A stretch of 64,000 bases of DNA, from the NCBI GenBank assembly GCA_965226795.1, contig CBDDDZ010000005.1, forward strand, positions 3,008,001 through 3,072,000, written 5' to 3'. The notes under the pieces were generated by a model. It worked only from the letters and a program-made list of their open reading frames with translations. It did no database searches and was not told the origin of the DNA. The stretch's first letter is position 1. Each line of letters starts with the position of its first letter. Shown piece after piece: positions 19,751-30,054 of this stretch. The translations under genes and the position numbers were made by a program. This stretch comes from Candidatus Latescibacterota bacterium (GTDB lineage: Bacteria > Latescibacterota > UBA2968 > GCA-2709665).

Positions 19751-20078
19751 CGGTGTCCCCTCCATCGGTACGGTTCACCCTCACGCCATATGGGAAACAC
19801 ACAGTCATGCCGCGTATCCGTACGCCGCACAAAGGTTGGATCCCTGTGCGGGTGGGGAAAGACCGGCCAAGCACGGGCGCCGACGTCGTCCGGTCCGCTC
19901 TCCCGACCCAAGTGAGGTGAGATGCTTTTTCCCCGATCACTCTGCGGCGTATCCAAGTGTCGAAAAATGCGACGCGAGCTAACACACCAGCTCGTCGGCG
20001 AACGCATCTTCGATGTCCCGCGTCAACTGCAATCTTGCACACATCGGGCCTTTCACGGCGAGGATTCAAAGGTCCTGA

Positions 20079-21413
20079 TCAGTCTCTACCCGCGTTACTC
20101 TGCAGCGTCTTGTCAATCATCGTGGAGAACACCTGTTGAAACTGCTCGCAGATTTCAGATCGAGCCAGGTTTTGCAGGGGAAAACTCGGACGCCCCTTCA
20201 GACACCTGTCCAAAGTCACGTCGTCAATCCGGCACAAATCAGACCAGAGTTCTTTGCGAGCATTCTCTGTATGGAATGGGGCGACCATGTATTGGAATTG
20301 GACGACCACGCGGTCAGCCTTTATGCTGAAGGTCCACTGCAACAATTCCTTACCGTCTGCCAATGGCAATCTGTCGAGTTGGAACCAGATCTCCGGCGGA
20401 TCGGTATTGCGCGTCGGCATTCGGTTGAAATACGCGACCCTGCGGCCCGATCCTTCGAGTTCGACGTGTTTCCGGTGCGCCCACGCAATCAGTTCCTCGG
20501 CAATTCGAGCACACTCGCAGCCGGCACGGACCCCCAACTCATGCACAAATGAATCCGGATCGACAACCATGCCGCCCTTGAGTGGGGGGACTCGAAACTC
20601 GGCAATGAGAGGCGCGTGGTCGCTCCGGGTGCCCATGACGTTGTGATCGACTCGCAGCCGCGTGCACCGATGCGCGAGTTCCTCCGTGGCATACAGCCAA
20701 TCCAGCTGTGTGCCCGGGTTGCCGCCGAACGTTCGCACGTGGCGGCAGTCGCCGGCACCGCATGGACAATCCGGCATGGTGTCCGGACGATCCTCTGCGA
20801 TGGTAGCGAGATTGACGAGCCCGAGTGATTCGATGGCGCAGAACAGGGCGCGGTATCGAGGCAGTTCGAGCGTGTCAGGACGAGTTGCAGTTGTAATATT
20901 GAAGTCGCCACCCAGAATGACGCGCCTGCCGTCACCCGAGTCAAACAGCGGAATCAGGTCGGCGATAACACGGAACATCCTTGTTTGCGCATAGCCGTCA
21001 TCCATCGCGCCATACACACTCACACAGGTGATAGGGCCGACTTCAGGCACGTGGATTCTAGCAACAATCACGGAACCCGGAAGGCTTCCCAGCATGCTGA
21101 ACCTCGTGGCGCCGTATCGTGTACGTACGGCATCGATCTCCTCTGTTTCCAGGTCACAGGCGAACGCCACAACCGACGATCCCCAGGGCCGCCGGCCTGC
21201 GATCTCGCGGTATACGAAACGGTTACGGGGGATGTCAGACGGAGCAACGCTTTCCTGGAGCAGCATGACGTCAGCCTTCCTCTCCGTTTGAAGGTAACGC
21301 CATGCGTCCTTGCGCTGCTGCGAAGTCCGCTTCCAGTGATCCATGTTCCATGTGCCGATAGACAGGTTTCGCACAACTGGTGTTGAACAGGTCTTCCGGT
21401 CGCCTGCGGTCAT
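20079..21413 (-). CDS. Endonuclease/exonuclease/phosphatase (EEP) family protein with extra C-terminal domain
   Basis: TWNM, LLQES, GGDFN, QLDWLYA, SDHAPL. Confidence 0.85.
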   Translation of the reverse strand: MTAGDRKTCSTPVVRNLSIGTWNMDHWKRTSQQRKDAWRYLQTERKADVMLLQESVAPSDIPRNRFVYREIAGRRPWGSSVVAFACDLETEEIDAVRTRYGATRFSMLGSLPGSVIVARIHVPEVGPITCVSVYGAMDDGYAQTRMFRVIADLIPLFDSGDGRRVILGGDFNITTATRPDTLELPRYRALFCAIESLGLVNLATIAEDRPDTMPDCPCGAGDCRHVRTFGGNPGTQLDWLYATEELAHRCTRLRVDHNVMGTRSDHAPLIAEFRVPPLKGGMVVDPDSFVHELGVRAGCECARIAEELIAWAHRKHVELEGSGRRVAYFNRMPTRNTDPPEIWFQLDRLPLADGKELLQWTFSIKADRVVVQFQYMVAPFHTENARKELWSDLCRIDDVTLDRCLKGRPSFPLQNLARSEICEQFQQVFSTMIDKTLQSNAGRD

Positions 21414-21706
21414 TCAATTCCTCCACTTCGGTCGAGGCATTCTGCAATAGACGGGGCTGTCTTTCGGATCCTCACAGGCCAAATTCCGGTGAATGCATTT
21501 CGGGTTTACTTTCGCTGCCCGCGGACCTGATGTCGGTCCGAAACCGCACGTTTGCCAGGCCAGGAACCTGTGTTCTTACGAATCGCCGCGTCGAACTGAA
21601 TCGCCGTAAAGTATCCGGAGTGCAGGTGCGAAATGTACCTACCGTTTGCCAAACAAAGTGCTGTCAAACCCTCACGAGAGTGCTAAATGGTCCCCGCGGT
21701 CTGCAA

Positions 21707-21816
21707 GTTTCAATCCTCTCCCCCCACCAAAGTGAGGGGAGATTTTCAGAAACAGTTGTCGCCAATCCGTGTAATCTCTGTTTCAATCCTTGTTCTGATG
21801 GAAGATTCCCGACGGT
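21707..21816 (-). CRISPR. Hybrid mini-array: repeat B variant, 36-nt spacer, repeat A' variant
   Basis: GTTTCAATCCTCTCCCCCCACCAAAGTGAGGGGAGAT (21707-21743), spacer 21744-21779, GTTTCAATCCTTGTTCTGATGGAAGATTCCCGACGG from 21780. Confidence 0.88.
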
Positions 21817-21897
21817 GTGTGGAGCGCGAGCGAGGCACTGCTGTTCTGTGGGGTGTGTCTCATGTACGGTTACGACGCGGGGACCCACTATCCTCGG

Positions 21898-22980
21898 TTA
21901 GGCCAGGTTGGCAACGCGGCGCTCGGCGGCGGCGATGTCGGCGGCGCCGTCGAGCACGGTGATCTCCAGGTGGAACTCGCGTGTGGCGCCGGGTTCCAGG
22001 TACTCCAGGGAGTCGTGCCTGCGGTTCCAGGCGCGCCCGAGGGGCGAGCAGTTGCCTGGCTCCACGCCGGTCACGTAGCCGGCGGCGGCGAAGTGCTGCC
22101 ACTGAGTGACCAGCGGCAGCTCGGCAGCCGGCATGCGCCACTGCAGGCCGTACGCCAGCCGGTCGTTGATCAACGCAACGGTCACGTTGCCGTTGGCGTC
22201 CGGCACCGGCCGGTGCACGTATACGTCGTCGCCGGCGCCCGGCTCCGGGGCACGCGCCCGCTCGTACGCTGCGGCATCGACCGGGCGGTCCTGCAGCCAC
22301 TCGGTGCTGAGTTGGCTGTTGACCAGGAACCGGGTACCCTCGTCGAGCAGGGGGAAGCCGGGATTGGTGTGGTACAGCAGCATCAACGGCGAGCGCAACC
22401 CGCCGAGGTTCTCCACTCGGTCGTGGATGCTGATGCGGCGCTCGCCCAACGTAGTGGTGATTTCGCGGCGCAGCTCGAGCGTCGTGCCAAGTGCCACCGC
22501 TTCGCGCATGGTGCCGGCGATGCGCAGGTGGTATTCGTCTCCCTGCCAGCTTCCGCCGGCGCTCACGTCGCGCGCCGGGATGGCCGACAGCCGCCCGTGC
22601 AGGCCCAGTTCCTCGCCTTCCTCCTCCGGGTCGGTTTCGGGATGGCCGACGAAGGTCAGGCCGCAACTGATCAGCAGGCCGCCGAAGAAACTGCGCATCC
22701 AGCCGTAACCGGCGGGCTCGAAGAATGCCGGTCCGACGTCGCCGGTGGCGCTGCGGAAACACAGCGACCGCCCCTGGTAGGTGGCGGCGGCGATGTCCAG
22801 CGCCCGTCCGGGCAGTACCGAGAAGCTCAGCCCGGAGGCGTTGCTCACCTCGATCAATCCGGCGCCGCGCTCGTTGCCCTCGGTCAGCTCGGCGCGGCGA
22901 ACGGCGGCGAGCTGGCTCATATCGCCGACCAACCGCAGCAGCTCCGCCTTCGTGTAGTCGCGTCCAAACAGGTGTGCCAT
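21898..22980 (-). CDS. Aldose 1-epimerase-like (DUF4432) protein
   Basis: VGDMSQLA, GRALDI, FFGGLLISCGL, LGLHGRLS, LLYHTNPGFPL, GVEPGN; GAGGAG RBS. Confidence 0.8.
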   Translation of the reverse strand: MAHLFGRDYTKAELLRLVGDMSQLAAVRRAELTEGNERGAGLIEVSNASGLSFSVLPGRALDIAAATYQGRSLCFRSATGDVGPAFFEPAGYGWMRSFFGGLLISCGLTFVGHPETDPEEEGEELGLHGRLSAIPARDVSAGGSWQGDEYHLRIAGTMREAVALGTTLELRREITTTLGERRISIHDRVENLGGLRSPLMLLYHTNPGFPLLDEGTRFLVNSQLSTEWLQDRPVDAAAYERARAPEPGAGDDVYVHRPVPDANGNVTVALINDRLAYGLQWRMPAAELPLVTQWQHFAAAGYVTGVEPGNCSPLGRAWNRRHDSLEYLEPGATREFHLEITVLDGAADIAAAERRVANLA

Positions 22981-23093
22981 GCTCGCTCTCTCCTCTCGTG
23001 GACGGGGCGGCACCCGGCCAGCGGTCGTGCCAGCGGATGTCGCTGCCGATGCCGCCGGTAGGGCCGATCACCCGCCCCATAATCGCCGCGCCG

Positions 23094-23235
23094 TTACGCC
23101 GGGTGGCTCGCCGGGGGCAACGTGAGCGCGGCCGATCTGTGCTACCGAGGTACAGCCGATGAGCGCCATGGTGCGGCTCATCTCCTCGGCCAGCAGGCTT
23201 ACCTCGTAGCCGACCCCCGCTTCACCGCCGGCGCC
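23094..23235 (-). pseudogene. 3' tail of an FMN-dependent alpha-hydroxy-acid dehydrogenase, cut at a CRISPR repeat
   Basis: GAGGEAGVGYEVSLLAEEMSRTMALIGCTSVAQIGRAHV begins at the repeat border. Confidence 0.7.
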
Positions 23236-23272
23236 GTTTCAATCCTTGTTCTGATGGAAGATTCTCACCGGG
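23236..23272 (-). CRISPR. Repeat A' (reference copy)
   Basis: GTTTCAATCCTTGTTCTGATGGAAGATTCTCACCGGG; first 25 nt identical to repeat A. Confidence 0.9.
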
Positions 23273-23450
23273 TTATCGCGCTCGGCGTTCGGCGGCTCGT
23301 TCGGCATCGGACTCAGCCCAAAACGCCAGCTGAGCGGGGGTGGGGACGGGCAGGCCTGCCTCGCGGTAGTCCTTAGGGGGCAAAAGGCGTCCCGTCGGGG
23401 TGCCACGACTGTGAGAAGGTGTCGGAGTGCTTGTTGGGTGTTTTTGTCAT
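23273..23450 (-). pseudogene. WHPDGTPFAP microprotein, copy 2 (+1 in a homopolymer run)
   Basis: MTKTPNKHSDTFSQSWHPDGTPFAP then frameshift (G5 versus G4 in copy 3); the rest is nearly identical to copy 3. Confidence 0.7.
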
Positions 23451-23455
23451 ACGCA

Positions 23456-26400
23456 GTTTCAATCCTTGTTCTGATGGAAGGGTTCTGACCGGCCGCGGGG
23501 AAGGCGCTCGTTTGGCTATACCCCCAAAACTGTTTCAATCCTTGTTCTGATGGAAGTGTTTCGACCGGAAAAAATCCGAGAGCACCGGAGACAACCGGGG
23601 TTTCAGTTTCAATCCTTGTTCTGATGGAAGTGTTTCGACCGGCTGCCACCCGAGCCTACCGATCCGCCAATACCCGTAACGTTTCAATCCTTGTTCTGAT
23701 GGAAGTGTTTCAACCGGTATATCATACTGGGTCTGGAACAACAACATGGATACCTAGTTTCAATCCTTGTTCTGATGGAAGTGTTTCGACCGGCCTGATC
23801 GCCAGGACACACAAAGACGTCGAGAATCGAGTTTCAATCCTTGTTCTGATGGAAGTGTTTCGACCGGAACCACACCTGCGCGCCGTCCTTGCGGATGGTA
23901 GGGTGTTTCAATCCTTGTTCTGATGGAAGTGTTTCGACCGGAAAAACGACCAGTTGCCTAGATGCTTGGCGCTGATGCGTTTCAATCCTTGTTCTGATGG
24001 AAGTGTTTCGACCGGCCGCGGCGGCCACCGGTGGAAGATAGACCGGTACTTCGGTTTCAATCCTTGTTCTGATGGAAGTGTTTCGACCGGGATTGTGACT
24101 TTTTTGATCGCTCCTGAAGGACAATGTTTCAATCCTTGTTCTGATGGAAGTGTTTCGACCGGTCAATTACTTCATGGCAGTCACAACAAACGACTGGGGT
24201 TTCAATCCTTGTTCTGATGGAAGTGTTTCGACCGGTAACATCTGAGATTTTCTCAGTGTTCCCTCATGTTCGTGTTTCAATCCTTGTTCTGATGGAAGTG
24301 TTTCGACCGGCCAAGCAGCCAGATCATGAGGTCTCCTCTTTCAGATGGTTTCAATCCTTGTTCTGATGGAAGTGTTTCGACCGGCAGCGAGCCCACCGCG
24401 CACCACTGCACGGCGGTGGTACTGTTTCAATCCTTGTTCTGATGGAAGTGTTTCGACCGGTAATCCCCCTTGAAATGCTTCACCTGGGCCTGTAAGGTTT
24501 CAATCCTTGTTCTGATGGAAGTGTTTCGACCGGCCAACCAGTCTATTGTCGTGGGCTCGTCGGGGTCCACGTTTCAATCCTTGTTCTGATGGAAGTGTTT
24601 CGACCGGACGGTGGGCAAGCGCAAGGAAGCGCCGGAAAAGATGTTTCAATCCTTGTTCTGATGGAAGTGTTTCGACCGGTGGTGTCTACTTCGGTTAGGG
24701 TGCCGGTGGTCATCTGGTTTCAATCCTTGTTCTGATGGAAGTGTTTCGACCGGTGCACATCGGCAAGCTTCGCGGCGTTGGCCTGTGAGTTTCAATCCTT
24801 GTTCTGATGGAAGTGTTTCGACCGGCCACCAGAATAGTTGCCCGGCCTTTATCGTCTCGAGAGTTTCAATCCTTGTTCTGATGGAAGTGTTTCGACCGGC
24901 CAGTCTTTCTTGTTCGCAATTAGAACACGGGCTTTTTCGTTTCAATCCTTGTTCTGATGGAAGTGTTTCGACCGGAAAGATCCGTATTGAGTTTGGGCCG
25001 CGGTCGGAAAAGTTTCAATCCTTGTTCTGATGGAAGTGTTTCGACCGGCAAGCTGCAACTCAACTCTTGTCGCTTCGTCCAAAATGTTTCAATCCTTGTT
25101 CTGATGGAAGTGTTTCGACCGGGGTTTTCCGGGGTACAACGACTGACGTCCGGCCGGCCGGTTTCAATCCTTGTTCTGATGGAAGTGTTTCGACCGGGAT
25201 CGAATCTCGATATCTTATAGTCACCGGCCGCTTCAGTTTCAATCCTTGTTCTGATGGAAGTGTTTCGACCGGTGACGATGGAGATTTGCGTAAAGATTTA
25301 AGACATTTCAGTTTCAATCCTTGTTCTGATGGAAGTGTTTCGACCGGTGGGTTCCGGTACTTCGGATATCCGGAGAAGTTGGCTGTTTCAATCCTTGTTC
25401 TGATGGAAGTGTTTCGACCGGCGTGTGGGCCAGCATAACCACGCTTGCCCGGAGTATATGTTTCAATCCTTGTTCTGATGGAAGTGTTTCGACCGGCCTT
25501 GCCGCGCTGGTGTCTATGGTGGCGGCATTTCCATGTTTCAATCCTTGTTCTGATGGAAGTGTTTCGACCGGCGTTGCAAGGCTTTTATTGCCGGGTGTTG
25601 AACCCTCTGTTTCAATCCTTGTTCTGATGGAAGTGTTTCGACCGGCGTAGAAACTTCTTGGCCCACGCCTCATCTTCCCTGCGTTTCAATCCTTGTTCTG
25701 ATGGAAGTGTTTCGACCGGCAGATACACCTATGAACATAGACAAGTAGAGATTACAGTTTCAATCCTTGTTCTGATGGAAGTGTTTCGACCGGTATTAGC
25801 CTCTTGGGCTGCGATGAAGCTATTCTTGTTTCAATCCTTGTTCTGATGGAAGTGTTTCGACCGGGCTGCTGCAGCTATTCTTATACTATCTAGCGGGAAA
25901 AGGTTTCAATCCTTGTTCTGATGGAAGTGTTTCGACCGGTATCATGGCAGACTCACAGCGAGCGGCGAAATATTGTTTCAATCCTTGTTCTGATGGAAGT
26001 GTTTCGACCGGGAACTTTTGGAAAAAGCCGGGGGTAAGGTTGGAATTGTGTTTCAATCCTTGTTCTGATGGAAGTGTTTCGACCGGTCCGGATGGTACTG
26101 GCGGGAACCAGGTTTTGTTTGCCAGTTTCAATCCTTGTTCTGATGGAAGTGTTTCGACCGGCCCGCCGGCAGGGCGTCGTCGGTAGTGATGAGAAGCCCG
26201 TTTCAATCCTTGTTCTGATGGAAGTGTTTCAACCGGAAAATGGCTTGTGCGGCCTTTCGATATTTATATCGTGTTTCAATCCTTGTTCTGATGGAAGTGT
26301 TTCGACCGGAGGGCGGCTCGTGACGTCGATATTTATCTGGGGTGGCTGTTTCAATCCTTGTTCTGATGGAAGTGTTTCGACCGGCCTTGCCGACATTCTC

Positions 26401-29056
26401 GAATGGAGCATTGATATAGTCGTTTCAATCCTTGTTCTGATGGAAGTGTTTCGACCGGTCGCCTAAGCCGGTTTGCGTCTGCAAAAACTCATTACGGTTT
26501 CAATCCTTGTTCTGATGGAAGTGTTTCGACCGGTTAGCCTCCAGCGCCAAATACTCCTCACGAAGATCCGAGTTTCAATCCTTGTTCTGATGGAAGTGTT
26601 TCGACCGGCCGGTTGTGCTCGCGTAGCTGCGCCCGTGATGTGATGGTTTCAATCCTTGTTCTGATGGAAGTGTTTCGACCGGCCCGAAACAAAGAGGCCG
26701 TCACGTTCGCGCGGCTGGTGTTTCAATCCTTGTTCTGATGGAAGTGTTTCGACCGGAGGATGCCGTTGGCCTTTGAAGGCCACTTGGTATCCCGTTTCAA
26801 TCCTTGTTCTGATGGAAGTGTTTCGACCGGCGTGGGGTGTGCGTTTCGCTCCAACAAGCCATATCTGTTTCAATCCTTGTTCTGATGGAAGTGTTTCGAC
26901 CGGCCCCCACCTCACGCACGAGGAAGCCTAAGAAGAAATAGTTTCAATCCTTGTTCTGATGGAAGTGTTTCGACCGGCGGGCTCATGTCTGTATGGCCTG
27001 CGACGGATCAGGTCGTTTCAATCCTTGTTCTGATGGAAGTGTTTCGACCGGAAATTCCCACGCACTCGTTTCCCGGTGCTCATTTTGGTTTCAATCCTTG
27101 TTCTGATGGAAGTGTTTCGACCGGTGATCTAAAGAAATTGCAGGATCAGGTTGCGGCGAAGGAGTTTCAATCCTTGTTCTGATGGAAGTGTTTCGACCGG
27201 GTGCGAAGACAGAACCTCCCAATACCCTACTTGGTGTTTCAATCCTTGTTCTGATGGAAGTGTTTCGACCGGCGGGGAAAAAAGTTAAATGAAATTCCGT
27301 TTGTATTTATGTTTCAATCCTTGTTCTGATGGAAGTGTTTCGACCGGTCGTAACGTGACGGATGCGATATCAATCAAATTGATTAGTTTCAATCCTTGTT
27401 CTGATGGAAGTGTTTCGACCGGTGCACACGGAACGGCTGACGCTTCAGGCTGAACGGAGTTTCAATCCTTGTTCTGATGGAAGTGTTTCGACCGGCGCTG
27501 CAGACGTTCCCGGCTTCAGCGTCGTAGATGATGTTTCAATCCTTGTTCTGATGGAAGTGTTTCGACCGGCGCAAGGGCCATGCCTCGCCGCCCAATAGCG
27601 TGAAAGTTTCAATCCTTGTTCTGATGGAAGTGTTTCGACCGGTCATTGAAAAATTGCACCAAGTCGGGCGTCTGGTCGTGTTTCAATCCTTGTTCTGATG
27701 GAAGTGTTTCGACCGGTGAACACTGGCATGGCGCTTCAGCTTTACCACGAATTGTTTCAATCCTTGTTCTGATGGAAGTGTTTCGACCGGGCCGGAGCCG
27801 GGGGTTTTTTATGCCTCTAATCCCCCGGTTTCAATCCTTGTTCTGATGGAAGTGTTTCGACCGGAGAACCTTGAAATACGCATCAGCTACTGGGTATGGA
27901 AGTTTCAATCCTTGTTCTGATGGAAGTGTTTCGACCGGTCTGGGTGGCACGGGTAATCTCAGGGCGGTCTGGAAGGGGTTTCAATCCTTGTTCTGATGGA
28001 AGTGTTTCGACCGGCCGCATAGATGCCCGCCTGAAGGCTCCCGAACAATGTTTCAATCCTTGTTCTGATGGAAGTGTTTCGACCGGAAATGAAACAACAC
28101 GCAACATGGATCAGTATAATAAAAGTTTCAATCCTTGTTCTGATGGAAGTGTTTCGACCGGTTGTCTCTGTCGGCCCGTTCGTTCTTCAGGTCCTCTTTC
28201 TGTTTCAATCCTTGTTCTGATGGAAGTGTTTCGACCGGTCTGCCAAATTTCGTCTGCATGAAACTTGTCCTCCTAAGAGTTTCAATCCTTGTTCTGATGG
28301 AAGTGTTTCGACCGGGAAACAATCAAACTCACAAGGGAAGTAGACAATGACGTTTCAATCCTTGTTCTGATGGAAGTGTTTCGACCGGGGGGGTGTAAAT
28401 GGAACACTGGGAGGGCGACGAATGAGTTTCAATCCTTGTTCTGATGGAAGTGTTTCGACCGGCAACGTTCGCGCCTCCGCAAAGATCCCTACCGTACGGG
28501 TTTCAATCCTTGTTCTGATGGAAGTGTTTCGACCGGACGTTTCGGGAAGCAGGCGTTAGGACTACCTGAATAAGTTTCAATCCTTGTTCTGATGGAAGTG
28601 TTTCGACCGGTTTCGGGAACGGCAACGCCGGCAACTGTTACGTTTACGTTTCAATCCTTGTTCTGATGGAAGTGTTTCGACCGGTGGCCTGACCATGCAT
28701 TTGAAATGCTCGCCACTCGATGTTTCAATCCTTGTTCTGATGGAAGTGTTTCGACCGGTTATCATGATAGGCTTGCGCCGTTTCCTCAGCTTTTGGGTTT
28801 CAATCCTTGTTCTGATGGAAGTGTTTCGACCGGCTTCCTTTTTTTCTTACGTGATACGTTGGGGTACCGGTGTTTCAATCCTTGTTCTGATGGAAGTGTT
28901 TCGACCGGTACTTAAATCTCAAAGGTATCATCCTATCTCCCCAAAGTTTCAATCCTTGTTCTGATGGAAGTGTTTCGACCGGCACGGGTTTTGGTAGATC
29001 TTGAAGTTGTCCATATGGTGTTTCAATCCTTGTTCTGATGGAAGTGTTTCGACCGG
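23456..29056 (-). CRISPR. CRISPR array A: 76 repeats (37 nt), 75 spacers of about 34-40 nt
   Basis: GTTTCAATCCTTGTTCTGATGGAAGTGTTTCGACCGG on +; ends ATTGAAAC on -; degenerate repeat at 23456 marks the trailer; counted by hand. Confidence 0.98.
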
Positions 29057-29634
29057 CCGAGGTTCTCCACTCGGTCGTGGATGCTGATGCGGCGCTCGCC
29101 CAGCGTAGTGGTGATTTCGCGGCGTAGCTCGAGGGTGGTGCCAAGTGCCACCGCCTCGCGCATGGTGCCGGCGATGCGCAGGCGGTATTGGTCTCCCTGC
29201 CAGCTTCCGCCGGCGCTCACGTCGCGCGCCGGGATGGCGGACAGTCGCCCGTGCAGGCCCAGTTCCTCGCCTTCCTCCTCCGGATCGGTCTCGGGATGGC
29301 CGACGAAGGTCAGGCCGCAACTGATCAGCAGGCCGCCGAAGAAACTGCGCATCCAGCCGTAACCGGCAGGCTCGAAGAATGCCGGGCCGACGTCGCCGGT
29401 GGCGCTGCGGAAACACAGCGACCGCCCCTGGTAGGTGGCGGCAGCGATGTCGAGCGCCCGTCCGGGCAGCACCGAGAAGCTCAGTCCGGAGGCGTTGCTT
29501 ACCTCGATCAATCCGGCGCCGCGCTCGTTGCCCTCGGTCAGCTCCGCACGGCGAACGGCGGCGAGCTGGCTCATGTCGCCGACCAACCGCAGCAGCTCCG
29601 CCTTCGTGTAGTCGCGTCCAAACAGATGCGCCAT
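29057..29634 (-). pseudogene. Truncated second copy of the DUF4432 gene
   Basis: Homologous to 22403-22980; cut exactly at the first repeat of array A. Confidence 0.88.
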
Positions 29635-29689
29635 GCTCGCTCTCTCCTCTCGTGGACGGGGCGGCACCCGCCCCATTGTCGCCGCGCCG

Positions 29690-29830
29690 TTACGCCGGGT
29701 GGCTCGCCGGGGCAACGTGAGCGCGGCCGATCTGTGCTACCGAGGTACAGCCGATGAGCGCCATGGTGCGGCTTATCTCCTCGGCCAGCAGGCTTACCTC
29801 GTAGCCGACCCCCGCTTCACCGCCGGCGCC
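29690..29830 (-). pseudogene. Second copy of the FMN-dependent dehydrogenase 3' tail
   Basis: GAGGEAGV...RTMALIGCTSVAQIGRAHVAPASHPA*. Confidence 0.7.
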
Positions 29831-29867
29831 GTTTCAATCCTTGTTCTGATGGAAGATTCTCACCGGG
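29831..29867 (-). CRISPR. Repeat A' copy
   Basis: Identical to 23236-23272. Confidence 0.9.
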
Positions 29868-30035
29868 TTATCGCGTTCGGCGTTCGGCGGCCTGTTCGGC
29901 ATCGGACTCAGCCCAAAACGCCAGCTGAGCGGGGGTGGGGACGGGCAGGCCTGCCTCGCGGTAGTCCTTAGGGGCAAAAGGCGTCCCGTCGGGGTGCCAA
30001 CCTCGGCAGAAAGTATCTGAGTGCTTGTTGGGCAT
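29868..30035 (-). CDS. WHPDGTPFAP microprotein, copy 3 (intact, 55 aa; below ORF-track cutoff)
   Basis: MPNKHSDTFCRGWHPDGTPFAPKDYREAGLPVPTPAQLAFWAESDAEQAAERRTR*; TAA abuts repeat A'. Confidence 0.75.
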   Translation of the reverse strand: MPNKHSDTFCRGWHPDGTPFAPKDYREAGLPVPTPAQLAFWAESDAEQAAERRTR

Positions 30036-30054
30036 ACACATAATATTCGAAATG

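Noticed and set aside
21660..21686. GAGTGCTAA resembling a CIRCE right arm
   Set aside because: No TTAGCACTC left arm at the 9-nt spacing
21744..21779. Hybrid-array spacer shares ACAGTTGTC with the WYL upstream region (about 43248) and GTTGTCGC with the operator arm
   Set aside because: Only 8-9 nt; could be chance; needs a computed PAM-aware search
14482..21816. Classical integron explanation for the co-oriented cassettes
   Set aside because: No integrase or attC structure visible; boundaries are CRISPR-repeat derivatives
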